Source: Chloroflexota bacterium (GTDB lineage Bacteria; Chloroflexota; Dehalococcoidia; DSTF01; JACRBR01). From it: DNA of 62,807 nt. Positions 1 to 8,976 of the stretch are shown one piece after another. The stretch is from assembly GCA_037444005.1 (NCBI GenBank), contig JBBING010000006.1, forward strand, positions 1 through 62,807, given 5' to 3'. Positions within the stretch are counted from its first letter, which is position 1, and the number at the start of each line of letters is the position of its first letter. A program made the translations under genes and the position numbers. The notes beneath the pieces were generated by a model. It did not search any database and was not told where the DNA came from. It was given only the letters and a program-made list of their open reading frames with translations.

Positions 1-118
1 CCGGCATACTCCACCACACCAAGCCTTCCCTACCATGAATCTTTGAGACGCCGTCGCCGCCAGCGCCGGCGGGCCGCCCGCGTGCTATGATGCGCACGGG
101 GGAGAAACCTCTCGACTG

Positions 119-1474
119 TTGATGGATCCTTCGTCCCTCGCGCAGACCCTCCCTCTCCTGCAAGAGCGCGTCGACATCGGCGTGAGCGTGCCCGCAGCCG
201 TGGCGCTGTTGCTCGTCGGGCTGGCCGGATACGCCGTGGTGAATGCCGTCGAGATCGCGGTCGTGGCCATGAGCCGTATCCGCGTCCGGCACCTCGTCGA
301 GCAGGGGAGCCGCGGCGCCCAAGCGCTCGACCGCCTGCGGAGCGACGAAGAGCGGTTTTTCTCGCTCATCATTCTGCTGCAGAACGTGTTCATCGTGCTC
401 GCGTCCATCATGGGCGGCGTCGTCTCGGCGGACATCGCGCCGGGGCCGGCCTGGCTGCGCGTCGCCGTCGGCACCGTCCTCACGGCGTTCGTGACGGCGG
501 AGCTCGGCGAGGCGACGCCCAAGGTGCTGGCGGCCCGTTTGAGCGAGCGCATCGCGCTGGCCGCCGCCATCCCCATGCGCATGCTGATGCGTGCGCTCGC
601 CCCGCTCGTCACCGTCGTCGCCGTCACGCCCACCGTCGTGAGCCGGCTGCTCATCGGCGAGCGCGCCCGCGTGACGCCGACGGTCACCGAGGCGGAGCTG
701 CGCATGCTCATCGACATCGCCGCCGAAGAGCGCGCCGTCGGCGAAGCCGAGGCCGAGCTCCTCGACCGCGTCTTCCACTTCCACGACCGGCGCGTGAACG
801 AGGTCATGATCCCGCGCACGGAGGTGGTCTGGCTCGAAAGCGGGGCGACGCTCGCCGACTTCTTCCGCGTGTTCGACGAGACGCCGCATTCCCGCTTCCC
901 CGTGTATCACGAGACGGTCGACAACGTGGTGGGCGTCGTCGGCATCAAGGACGTGCTGCGCGCGCTCGCCCGCAAGGAGGCCGACGAATCGACGCCCGTC
1001 GACCGGCTCATGCGTCCGGCGTTCTTCGTGCCCGAGACGAAGCCGGTGAGTACGCTGTTCTGGCAGATGCAGCAGGAGCGGAATCAGCTCGCCATCGTCG
1101 TCGACGAATACGGCGGCGTCGCGGGCATCGTGACGCTGGAGCTTCTGCTCGAGGAGATGGTCGGCCGAGTGGTGGACGAGCTCGGCCAGCCCGCCGAGAC
1201 CGAGTTCCAGACCATCGACGAGCGCACGGTGGAGGTCGACGGCGGGATGTCGATCTTCGACCTCCGGGAGGAGCTCGAGATCGAGCTGCCGGAAGGCGAC
1301 TACGAGACCATCGCGGGGTACGTGCTGGAACGCCTCGGCCACATCCCGAAGGTCGGCGAGTCGTTCATCAGCGATGGCTTCGTGATCACCGTGACCGAGA
1401 TGGACGGCGTGAAGATCGAGAAGGTGCGCCTGGTCCGCCAGCCCGCCGGGGCGCCGTCGGAGGAGAGCGAGTGA
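119..1474 (+). CDS. HlyC/CorC (CNNM-type) family transporter: DUF21 membrane domain + CBS pair + CorC_HlyC domain
   Basis: 451-aa ORF with a hydrophobic N-terminal third. CBS-pair motifs 'RVNEVMIPRTEVVWL' and 'LAIVVDEYGGVAGIVTLELLLEEMVG'. C-terminal 'TVEVDGGMSIFDLREEL...ETIAGYVLERLGHIPKVGESF' transporter-associated domain. Start is TTG 119 or ATG 122, with GGGGGAG at 98-104. Confidence 0.85.
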   Translation: MMDPSSLAQTLPLLQERVDIGVSVPAAVALLLVGLAGYAVVNAVEIAVVAMSRIRVRHLVEQGSRGAQALDRLRSDEERFFSLIILLQNVFIVLASIMGGVVSADIAPGPAWLRVAVGTVLTAFVTAELGEATPKVLAARLSERIALAAAIPMRMLMRALAPLVTVVAVTPTVVSRLLIGERARVTPTVTEAELRMLIDIAAEERAVGEAEAELLDRVFHFHDRRVNEVMIPRTEVVWLESGATLADFFRVFDETPHSRFPVYHETVDNVVGVVGIKDVLRALARKEADESTPVDRLMRPAFFVPETKPVSTLFWQMQQERNQLAIVVDEYGGVAGIVTLELLLEEMVGRVVDELGQPAETEFQTIDERTVEVDGGMSIFDLREELEIELPEGDYETIAGYVLERLGHIPKVGESFISDGFVITVTEMDGVKIEKVRLVRQPAGAPSEESE

Positions 1475-2172
1475 AGGTCCAGCGCCTCAGAGTGACGTTC
1501 CGTCGAGGCGAGGAGCTGAAGTACATCACGCACCTCGACCTCATGCGTGCGTGGGAGCGGATGCTGCGCCGGGCGGAGCTTCCCCTCGCGTACAGCGAGG
1601 GCTTCACACCCCATCCGCAGATCTCGTTCGCCGCCGCGCTTCCCGTCGGGGTCATCGGCGAACGTGAGGTGGTGGACGTGTACCTGAGCGAGCGTGTGGC
1701 GCCGGAACGGTTCCTCGAGGCCGCGAGGACGCAGGCGCCGCCGGGCCTCGAGCTTCTCGCGGCGGAAGAGGTCGGCCTCGGGCTCCCGTCGCTGCAGTCG
1801 GAGATGCGCTGGGCGGAGTACGAGGTCGAGACGCCGGCGGATGGCTGGACGCCGGAGCGGGCGCGCGAGGCCGTCGAGCGCTTCCTCGCCGCGGAGACCA
1901 TCCCGTGGGAGCACCAGCGCGAGAAGGAGACGAAACGCTACGATATCCGTGCGATGGTGCAGGACTTGCGGGTTCTCGAGAGCCCGCCAGGGCGCATCCG
2001 GATCTGGATGCGGCTACGTCACGACCAGGAGGTCGCCGGCCGGGCGGAGCAGGTCGCGGCGGCGCTCGGGCTTCCGGAGCCGGAGCGCATCGTCCGCACC
2101 CGCCTGATGCTCGCCGAGACGTCGCCCGCGAGGGAGCGGTGGCGGCGCGCCGGCCAGTACGTCGAGTCATGA
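1471..2172 (+). CDS. radical-SAM-linked protein (TIGR03936 / DUF2344 type)
   Basis: 233-aa ORF with a GTG start inside the upstream stop (GTGA 1471-1474). 'LKYITHLDLMRAWERMLRRAELPLAYSEGFTPHPQISFAAALPVG' matches the DUF2344 signature as I recall it. Confidence 0.75.
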   Translation: MKVQRLRVTFRRGEELKYITHLDLMRAWERMLRRAELPLAYSEGFTPHPQISFAAALPVGVIGEREVVDVYLSERVAPERFLEAARTQAPPGLELLAAEEVGLGLPSLQSEMRWAEYEVETPADGWTPERAREAVERFLAAETIPWEHQREKETKRYDIRAMVQDLRVLESPPGRIRIWMRLRHDQEVAGRAEQVAAALGLPEPERIVRTRLMLAETSPARERWRRAGQYVES

Positions 2173-2801
2173 AACTGGCGCTGGTCCGCCACGCCGAAGC
2201 CACGGCGAACGCTTCGGGCCTCGCCCTCGGCCGGAACGACGTCCCCCTCACCGATCGGGGCCGCCTGCAGGCCGAGGCGCTGGCATCGGCGTTCGACGGC
2301 TGGCCCGTCGCCGCGGTCGTGTCGAGCCCGCTCCGCCGCGCGCTGGACACGGCGAGCCCCATCGCCGCGCGGCTCGGGCTCGACATTGAGATCGCCCCGG
2401 GGCTCATCGAGATGGACGTCGGCGAGACCGACGGCATGACGTTCGCCGAACTCCGGGCGCGCTACCCGGAGTTCTTGCAGCGGTGGCTCTCGGAAGACTG
2501 CGCTGACGTCCCGATGCCGGGCGGCGAAACGCTGCGACAGGTGCAGGAGCGCGCGTGGGCCGAGGTCGAACGGCTGCGGCAGCGCTTCCCCGACGGCGCC
2601 GTCATCGCGGTCACGCACAACTTCGTCATCGGCGCGCTCCTGTGCGCGGTTACCGGCGCGCCGCTGGCCCGCTTCCGCCGCTTCCGGCAGGGGCTCGCCT
2701 CGCGATCGCTCGTCGACGTGCGAGACGACGGCGCGACGCTCCTCGCGCTGAACGACACCGCCCATCTGCGCGCAGCCGCTCTGGGGAGCGACCCGTGGTA
2801 G
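2169..2801 (+). CDS. histidine phosphatase family protein (phosphoglycerate-mutase-like, GpmB/CobC-type)
   Basis: Internal ATG of ORF 1905..2801 at 2169 (ATGA overlap with the upstream stop). N-terminal 'LALVRHAEATAN' catalytic Arg-His motif and a distal 'AVTHNFVIGALL' His motif. Confidence 0.85.
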   Translation: MKLALVRHAEATANASGLALGRNDVPLTDRGRLQAEALASAFDGWPVAAVVSSPLRRALDTASPIAARLGLDIEIAPGLIEMDVGETDGMTFAELRARYPEFLQRWLSEDCADVPMPGGETLRQVQERAWAEVERLRQRFPDGAVIAVTHNFVIGALLCAVTGAPLARFRRFRQGLASRSLVDVRDDGATLLALNDTAHLRAAALGSDPW

Positions 2802-4108
2802 ACGGCGCTCGCGAGGCCGCCGCTTCGCGGCCCCCCCAGGCAGCGGTGGCCGGCCGGCGCCGCGCGTGGCCCGCCGTTTCGGGCGTGACCGCAGCGGTGG
2901 TTGCTGTCGTCGCGTTCGCGCTCGCCTTGCGCCTCACGTGGGTCGCGTACAGCGACTGGCGACCGCTTCCCGATGACGACGCCTTCCGGTACGACTGGTT
3001 CGCCCGCAAGCTGGCCGAAGGCGCGGGCTTCGTGCACCTCAACGGCAAGCCGACGGCCTTCTGGCCGCCGGGCTACGCCCTGCTGCTGGCGCCGCTGTAC
3101 CGGCTCTTCGGTCCCGACCCTCTGTGGGGACAGCTCCTGAACGCGGTCCTCGGCGCCGGCGCCGTGGCGCTTACGTTCGCCATCGCCCGCCGAGCCTTCG
3201 GTCAGCGCGCCGGCGTCGCGGCCGCAGCCATCGTCGCCGCGTTCCCGAGCCTCGTGCTCTTTGCCGGGGTTACGCTCTCCGAGACCGCGTTCACGTTTTT
3301 TGCGCTGCTCGTCCTGTGGTTGCTCCTCCTCGAGGGCGGCGCCGGGCGCCCGGGACTCCCGGCTTTGATGGCGGCGGGCGCGGTGACGGGTTTCGCTGCC
3401 CTCGTTCGCGGGCAGGCGCTGCTGTTCCCTCTGGTGGCGCTCCCCTTCTGGTTCGCGGCGTCGCGCGACATCCGGGCGTCGGCCGCGAGGCTGGCCGTCG
3501 TGGCGGCGTTCACGGTAGCGGCCGTGGCTCCATGGACCATCCGGAACGCCATCAGGATGAACGCGTTCGTCCCTATCAGCACCAACGCCGGCGTCGATCT
3601 CTGGATCGGCCATCACGACGGCGCGTCGGGCCGAGGACAGATGGCGGACGCGCTCATCTACAGCCGGCCCGACCTCGATTCCGTCGCGGGCGAGGTCGCG
3701 GTCAACGCGGAGGGATTCCGGGAGGCCGTTCGGTTCGCGCTCGACCAGCCGCTCACCGAGCTGCAACTGCTGCCGCGAAAGCTGTTCTACCTGTACTACC
3801 ACGACGAGGAAGGGCTGCGCTGGAACGACGGCCACGGTGGCCAGCCGTGGATCGATCCGGGCATCTGGAACGCGCTGCGCTGGACGTCGAACGCGTACTA
3901 CTACGCCGTACTGGGGCTGTTCGGAGCCGGCGTGATCCTCGCGAGGAGACGCCTCCTCGCGCCGGACCCCCTCCTCATCGTGTCGTTCATCGGGTACTGG
4001 ACCGCGGTGCATCTCGTATTCTTCGGCGACCCCCGGTTCCACGCGCCGGCGATGCCGCTCTTCGCCGCGCTGGCCGCGGTCACGATCGATAGGGCCTTCC
4101 GAAGATGA
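2795..4108 (+). CDS. GT-C fold glycosyltransferase (ArnT/PMT-like, family 39/83-like)
   Basis: Same frame as ORF 2555..4108. The candidate GTG at 2795 overlaps the upstream stop (GTGGTAG). Multiple TM segments plus 'DDAFRYDWFARKLAEGAGF...FWPPGYALLLAPLYRLFG', typical of phospholipid-carrier-dependent glycosyltransferases. The start is uncertain. Confidence 0.7.
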   Translation: MVDGAREAAASRPPQAAVAGRRRAWPAVSGVTAAVVAVVAFALALRLTWVAYSDWRPLPDDDAFRYDWFARKLAEGAGFVHLNGKPTAFWPPGYALLLAPLYRLFGPDPLWGQLLNAVLGAGAVALTFAIARRAFGQRAGVAAAAIVAAFPSLVLFAGVTLSETAFTFFALLVLWLLLLEGGAGRPGLPALMAAGAVTGFAALVRGQALLFPLVALPFWFAASRDIRASAARLAVVAAFTVAAVAPWTIRNAIRMNAFVPISTNAGVDLWIGHHDGASGRGQMADALIYSRPDLDSVAGEVAVNAEGFREAVRFALDQPLTELQLLPRKLFYLYYHDEEGLRWNDGHGGQPWIDPGIWNALRWTSNAYYYAVLGLFGAGVILARRRLLAPDPLLIVSFIGYWTAVHLVFFGDPRFHAPAMPLFAALAAVTIDRAFRR

Positions 4109-4524
4109 GGCGGCCGCTCCGGGTGCTGTTCCTTTGCACGGCCAACTCGGCCCGCGGCCAGATGGCGGAGGGCCTCCTTCGGGCGCTGGGCGGCGAGAGG
4201 TTCGAGGTCGCGAGCGCCGGCGTCGAGCCCGGCACGCTTCATCCGCTCGCAGTGAAGGCGATGGCGGAGGTCGGGATCGACATCTCGACGCACGAAGCCA
4301 AGAGCGTCGACCGCTTCGTGGACAAGGCGTTCGACTACGTTATCACCGTTTGCGACGCCGCGGCCGAGCGGTGCCCGGTGTTCCCGGGCGCGGCGAAGCG
4401 CGTGCACTGGAGCGTCGAAGATCCGGCGAAGGCGCGCGGCTCAGAGGAAGAACGGCTGGCCGCGTTCCGCGCGGCCCGGGACGCATTGCGCGCACACATC
4501 GAGGCGTTCGTGGCGTCGATCTGA
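4105..4524 (+). CDS. arsC: arsenate reductase, thioredoxin-coupled LMW-PTP family (ArsC-type)
   Basis: 139 aa. CX5R P-loop 'LCTANSARGQMAE'. Cys pair 'VCDAAAERCPVFPG' with the Cys82/Cys89-type spacing of pI258 ArsC. ATGA overlap with the upstream gene. Confidence 0.8.
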   Translation: MRRPLRVLFLCTANSARGQMAEGLLRALGGERFEVASAGVEPGTLHPLAVKAMAEVGIDISTHEAKSVDRFVDKAFDYVITVCDAAAERCPVFPGAAKRVHWSVEDPAKARGSEEERLAAFRAARDALRAHIEAFVASI

Positions 4525-4525
4525 G

Positions 4526-5974
4526 CTACCCCGCGAGCGCGAACCGCTGGCGCACCCAGGCCCACAGGCCGACGACGAGAGCTCCCGCCGCGAGCGGCGC
4601 GAGAAGCGTGGCCGTGAGCCACGTCTCCATCATCCACATGCCCCACCGCCGGTGCCAGTCCCACCAGTACATGAGCCAACCCCACGCGCCGAAGACAGGA
4701 TTCAAGAAAGGTCCGATGCTCCAGGCCAGCGCAACGGCCAGCGCCGGTCCGCCCAGAGCCGCGCCGAACATCAGGGGCCACGTGATGTACCAGCCCTTGA
4801 ACCAGAACGAAACGGTGACCAGATACAGGCTGAGGATCGCGAAGGTCTGAGCGACCACGCCCCGCACGCGCAACACGGTATACGCGTACCCTGACGCGAA
4901 CGCCCCGACCATGATCGCCCGCGCCAGGCCCTTGTCGTCGAGCGCGAACGTTAGAAGCGACGCGAGCGACGACGTCTGCCGCGACCCCTGATCGCGCACG
5001 CCGTCGAAGGTGTCGACTCCGGCCCACTGAGGCGCGAACGCCGCCACGGTGAGCGCGACCGAAGCCGCGACGCCGATGACCGCCTTTCGCGGCGACCTTC
5101 TGGCCGCGAGCACGTAGACGGGGAAGAGGATGACCGGGACGAACTTCGTGAGCGCGGCTGTGGCGATCAGTGGCAGCGCCGCGTCGTGACGGCTCCGGAG
5201 CGACGCGAGCGCCGCCAGCCCCACCAGGAGCGCGAGCAGCGCGTCGTTATGGCCGTCAACCCCGAAAAAGACGACGGGCAGCGGATTCCATCCGTAGGCC
5301 AACGCGGCAAAGGCCGGCCGCCGGGCCCTCAGTTCGGACGCCAGCCGGAACACCACCCACGTGTTCGCTCCGTGCACGGCGATCATGAGGGCCTTGAAGA
5401 TCAGGAGCGCCGCCATCGTGTTCCCGCCTGCCAGCAGCACGGGGATGGCCATGAGCCCGTTGAAAAGCGGCCCGTAGACCGAACGCAGGTCCGGCCACCC
5501 GACGGGCGGGTAATAGGGGTCCGAGGGAAACTCGTCGGCGACGTGCACGTACGGATTAACGTGATAGTGCTCGACGAGCCGGCCGATCATCAGGTAGTCG
5601 AACACGTCGGCGGCGAGGATCGGATACGCAAGCCACAGCGTCGCCGCGAGTCCGAGCGCGCCCGCGACTACCCATCGGGCGTCCAGACGCTCCCCCAGGC
5701 GCCACGCCACCGCCAGCGCGATGCCGTACGCCGCGGACGGCAAAACGAAGCCGGCGATGTAGTGCGCGAGGCCTGCGTAGTCGAGCCCCAGCGTGCCCGT
5801 GGGGTCGAGCGCCGTCGTGTCGAGCGGCCACTTCGGCAGCCAGAGCGGCCGCGTCCAGAACCATACGTAGAAGGCGACAGAGACGGCCCAGCACGCCGCG
5901 ATCGCCGCGCAGAGCCGGCGCGCCCGGATAGCTTCGGACGCGAGCGCGGGTCTCGGTATCGATGGCGCGGCCAT
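4526..5974 (-). CDS. polytopic membrane protein, GT-C-like (DUF2029/GT87-like) glycosyl/mannosyltransferase
   Basis: 482-aa ORF, almost entirely hydrophobic helices rich in W/Y/F, with the general architecture of GT87/PIM-type mannosyltransferases. The family call is tentative. Confidence 0.55.
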   Translation of the reverse strand: MAAPSIPRPALASEAIRARRLCAAIAACWAVSVAFYVWFWTRPLWLPKWPLDTTALDPTGTLGLDYAGLAHYIAGFVLPSAAYGIALAVAWRLGERLDARWVVAGALGLAATLWLAYPILAADVFDYLMIGRLVEHYHVNPYVHVADEFPSDPYYPPVGWPDLRSVYGPLFNGLMAIPVLLAGGNTMAALLIFKALMIAVHGANTWVVFRLASELRARRPAFAALAYGWNPLPVVFFGVDGHNDALLALLVGLAALASLRSRHDAALPLIATAALTKFVPVILFPVYVLAARRSPRKAVIGVAASVALTVAAFAPQWAGVDTFDGVRDQGSRQTSSLASLLTFALDDKGLARAIMVGAFASGYAYTVLRVRGVVAQTFAILSLYLVTVSFWFKGWYITWPLMFGAALGGPALAVALAWSIGPFLNPVFGAWGWLMYWWDWHRRWGMWMMETWLTATLLAPLAAGALVVGLWAWVRQRFALAG

Positions 5975-6044
5975 GTCCCCAAAGGGTACGGCGGAACGCC
6001 GGGCCGCGAAACCCGCCCCGCGTCGGGCGCTTCCCCCTTCGACG

Positions 6045-7211
6045 CTACGCTGAGCTCGAGAAGGTTTCGAGCCGGCGCACGCCTTCTTCCAGACGGTCGT
6101 CAGGGATGGTCAGTGAAAGACGGATGTAGCCTTCCCCGGCGGCGCCGTATCCGACGCCCGGCGTCACGACGACGCCCGTCTCATCGAGGAGGCGCTCAGC
6201 GTACTCGATGGAGCGCACGCCCTCCGGCAGACCGGCCCAGACGTACAGGGTCGCCTTCGGAGGCGTCACCCGGAGCCCCAACCGTTGCAACGCCGGAACG
6301 AGCCGGTCGCGCCGCCGCTGATAGATGCGATTGTGCTGTTCGACGGCGTCCTGCGGGCCCATCAGCGCCGCGATGGCCATGCGCTGGATCGCCTGCGGCG
6401 CCCCCGAATCCAGGTTCGACTTCACCCGCATGATGGCGTCGACCAGCGTCGCGTTCCCCACCACCATGCCGATGCGCCAGCCGGTCATGTTGTACGTCTT
6501 CGAAAGCGAGTTGAATTCGACCCCGACGTCCTTCGCGCCCGGGGCTTCGAGAAAGCTCGAGGGCCGGTAGCCGTCGTACGTCACGTCCGAGTACGCCATG
6601 TCATGGCACACCCACAGGTCGTGCCGTCGCGCAAAGGCCACCACCCGCTCGAAGAACGCGAGGTCCGCGCACGCGCCGGTCGGATTGTTGGGGTAGTTCA
6701 GCCACAGGACTCGCGCCCGCCGCGCCACCTCCGCGGGCACGACGTCGAGGTCCGGAAGAAATCCGTTCCGTTCGTCGAGCGGCAGGGCATACGCTTCGCC
6801 ACCGGCGAACATCGTCCCGATGGCGTAGACGGGGTACGCGGGATCCGGCACCAGCGCGATATCGCCCGGATCGATGAAGCAGAGCGCGGCGTGCCCGATT
6901 CCCTCCTTCGATCCGATGAGCGAACAGACCTCCCTCGCGGGGTCGAGGCGCACGCCGAAGCGGCGCTCGTACCAGGAGGCGACCGCCTCCCGAAACTCGG
7001 GAAGGCCTTCGGTCTCGGGATAGCGGTGGTTAGTCGGGTCGCGCGCGGCCTCGCAGAGCGCATCGATCACATGCGGTGGCGTCGGCAGATCGGGGTCGCC
7101 GATGCCGAAGGAGATGACATCGACGCCCTGCGCGCGCTTCTCGGCGATTTTCTTCGAAATGCTCGCGAACAGATACGGCGGAAGCTGTTCGATCCGGCGC
7201 GCGAGGCGCAT
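6045..7211 (-). CDS. dapL: LL-diaminopimelate aminotransferase (class I/II PLP aminotransferase)
   Basis: 388 aa. 'IEQLPPYLFASISKKIAEKRAQGVDVISFGIGDPDLPTP', 'NYPNNPTG' and the 'SLSKTYNMTGWRIG' PLP-lysine motif. Lies in the same operon as dapF. Confidence 0.8.
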   Translation of the reverse strand: MRLARRIEQLPPYLFASISKKIAEKRAQGVDVISFGIGDPDLPTPPHVIDALCEAARDPTNHRYPETEGLPEFREAVASWYERRFGVRLDPAREVCSLIGSKEGIGHAALCFIDPGDIALVPDPAYPVYAIGTMFAGGEAYALPLDERNGFLPDLDVVPAEVARRARVLWLNYPNNPTGACADLAFFERVVAFARRHDLWVCHDMAYSDVTYDGYRPSSFLEAPGAKDVGVEFNSLSKTYNMTGWRIGMVVGNATLVDAIMRVKSNLDSGAPQAIQRMAIAALMGPQDAVEQHNRIYQRRRDRLVPALQRLGLRVTPPKATLYVWAGLPEGVRSIEYAERLLDETGVVVTPGVGYGAAGEGYIRLSLTIPDDRLEEGVRRLETFSSSA

Positions 7212-8134
7212 TACCGCCAGTCTCCGAATTTCACCGCGTGCCCCCGTTTCGCCTCCAGCCGGCGGCGGACCTCCTCCTCGTCCGCGGGGCGCCGGTACGT
7301 CACGCCGGCGTCGCCGGGCCGGAACCCCGCGGCCCGCAGCGCGCCGATGGCGTCAGCGTCGCCGACATCGACTCGCGTCGACGCTTCGACGGCGCCCAGG
7401 GCGCGGAGTTGTCCCAGGGCCGCCGCGAGTAGCGCAGCCATGCCTTCAGCGTCCCGGTGTTCTGGCGCGGCCGCCAGATCGCGCACCTCCGCGGCGCGGC
7501 CGTCGGGTCGCATCCACAGCCGCACGAATCCGATCCGGTCGCCGTCAGCCCGCTCGGCCCACCAGGCGCGCTCTCCCAGCGCCAGCGCCGCCGACGCGCC
7601 ATCCGGCGTGAGCTTCTCGCTTCCGTACGCTTGCGCCGCCTCGGCCAGCGCGCCGGCGTCATCGAAGCGCACCTCGGTCATGCGAAGGTCGCTCGCGCCC
7701 GGCAGCGCCGCCAGGTCGAGGTCGACGAGGGTGAACTCGAGCCACTCGCGGTCGACGTCGAAGCCTTGCTGCTTGAGCACGGGCTCCACATAGCCGCGAT
7801 TGGGCCGGTCGGTGAACTCCACCACAAATCCTTCCCGCACCTCCGCCCGGTCCGGCGTCGCCTCGAGAAGGCGATGGAACATCGGTCCGAACCGCTCCTC
7901 GCACGCCCGGCGGTCTGCGAACGCCAAGTGGACCAGCATCTCGGGCCGAAGGCTGAGCGCCTCACCGACCACGACGCCCGACGGCTCCTCGATGACCCGC
8001 GCGGGGCATGTGCTTCGCAGGCGCTCGAAGCGCTCGCGATCGAGCCAGAAGGCGCGAATAGTCGCCTTTCGGACCGCCCACTCCCAGCGGTCCTGTGGCG
8101 CGGGTTCCAGGCGGCGAATCTGACGGACCGCCAT
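7211..8134 (-). CDS. hypothetical protein with C-terminal (possibly tandem) GNAT-like acetyltransferase fold
   Basis: 307-aa ORF with normal composition. C-terminal 'IGFVRLWMRPDGRAAEVRDLAAAPEHRDAEGMAALLAAALGQLRALGA...ALRAAGFRP' resembles a degenerate GNAT core. 1-nt overlap (TAATG) with the dapL start and a 2-nt gap after the dapF stop. Confidence 0.5.
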   Translation of the reverse strand: MAVRQIRRLEPAPQDRWEWAVRKATIRAFWLDRERFERLRSTCPARVIEEPSGVVVGEALSLRPEMLVHLAFADRRACEERFGPMFHRLLEATPDRAEVREGFVVEFTDRPNRGYVEPVLKQQGFDVDREWLEFTLVDLDLAALPGASDLRMTEVRFDDAGALAEAAQAYGSEKLTPDGASAALALGERAWWAERADGDRIGFVRLWMRPDGRAAEVRDLAAAPEHRDAEGMAALLAAALGQLRALGAVEASTRVDVGDADAIGALRAAGFRPGDAGVTYRRPADEEEVRRRLEAKRGHAVKFGDWR

Positions 8135-8136
8135 GG

Positions 8137-8976
8137 TCAGTCAGGCCACGTGCCCGTGAACACCTCCTCTACAGGCCCGCTCAAAAACACCTCGCCCTCG
8201 CCGTCCCATTCGACGGTGAGGACGCCTCCGGGGAGCGCCACTTCCACCCGATCATCCACGAGATGCAGGATGTGCGCGGCCACGGCGACGGCGCAGGCGC
8301 CGCTCCCGCAGGCCAGGGTCTCGCCGACGCCCCGCTCCCACACGCGCGCCTCGATGCGTCCCCGGTCTACCACGCGCGCCACCTCGTAGTTCGTCCGGTT
8401 CGGGAAGACAGGATGATGCTCCATCTTCGGGCCGACCTGCGCGAGAGGGTACGCCGACACCGGGCGCGCCCAGAAATGCACGGCGTGAGGGTTGCCCATC
8501 GACAGGATGGTGACGGCGACGGTTTGCCCGTCCACCACGAGCGAGACATTACGAAGGGGAGGCTCCGCCTCGAGCGAGACGGGGACTTCCTCCGCACGAA
8601 ACCGAGGCCGGCCCATGGACGCCCGGGCTCGGGTGACGACGCCCCCCGCATCTCGATAGGCCTCGACGGCGAGGACGCCGGCCGCGGTCTCGAGCCGGAA
8701 CCGCTCCGAGCGTACGAGACCACGTTCCACAGCGTACCGGGCGACGCACCGGACGCCGTTCCCGCACATCTCCGCCTCCGACCCGTCGGGGTTGAAGATA
8801 CGCATCCGCAAATCGGCCGAATCCGACGGCAGCGCGAGGAGCAGGCCGTCCGCGCCGACGCCGAAGTGCCGGTCGCACATGCGCCGAGCGAGCGCCGCCC
8901 AGTCGCGGTCGCGCCCATCCGGCTCGACGACAACGAAGTCGTTCCCCGCGCCGTGCAGCTTCGTAAACGGAAGCAT
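8137..8976 (-). CDS. dapF: diaminopimelate epimerase
   Basis: Internal ATG (8976) of ORF 8137..9153. 'MLPFTKLHGAGNDFVVV', 'FNPDGSEAEMCGNGVRC' and 'ETLACGSGACAVA' carry the two catalytic Cys motifs. Confidence 0.9.
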   Translation of the reverse strand: MLPFTKLHGAGNDFVVVEPDGRDRDWAALARRMCDRHFGVGADGLLLALPSDSADLRMRIFNPDGSEAEMCGNGVRCVARYAVERGLVRSERFRLETAAGVLAVEAYRDAGGVVTRARASMGRPRFRAEEVPVSLEAEPPLRNVSLVVDGQTVAVTILSMGNPHAVHFWARPVSAYPLAQVGPKMEHHPVFPNRTNYEVARVVDRGRIEARVWERGVGETLACGSGACAVAVAAHILHLVDDRVEVALPGGVLTVEWDGEGEVFLSGPVEEVFTGTWPD

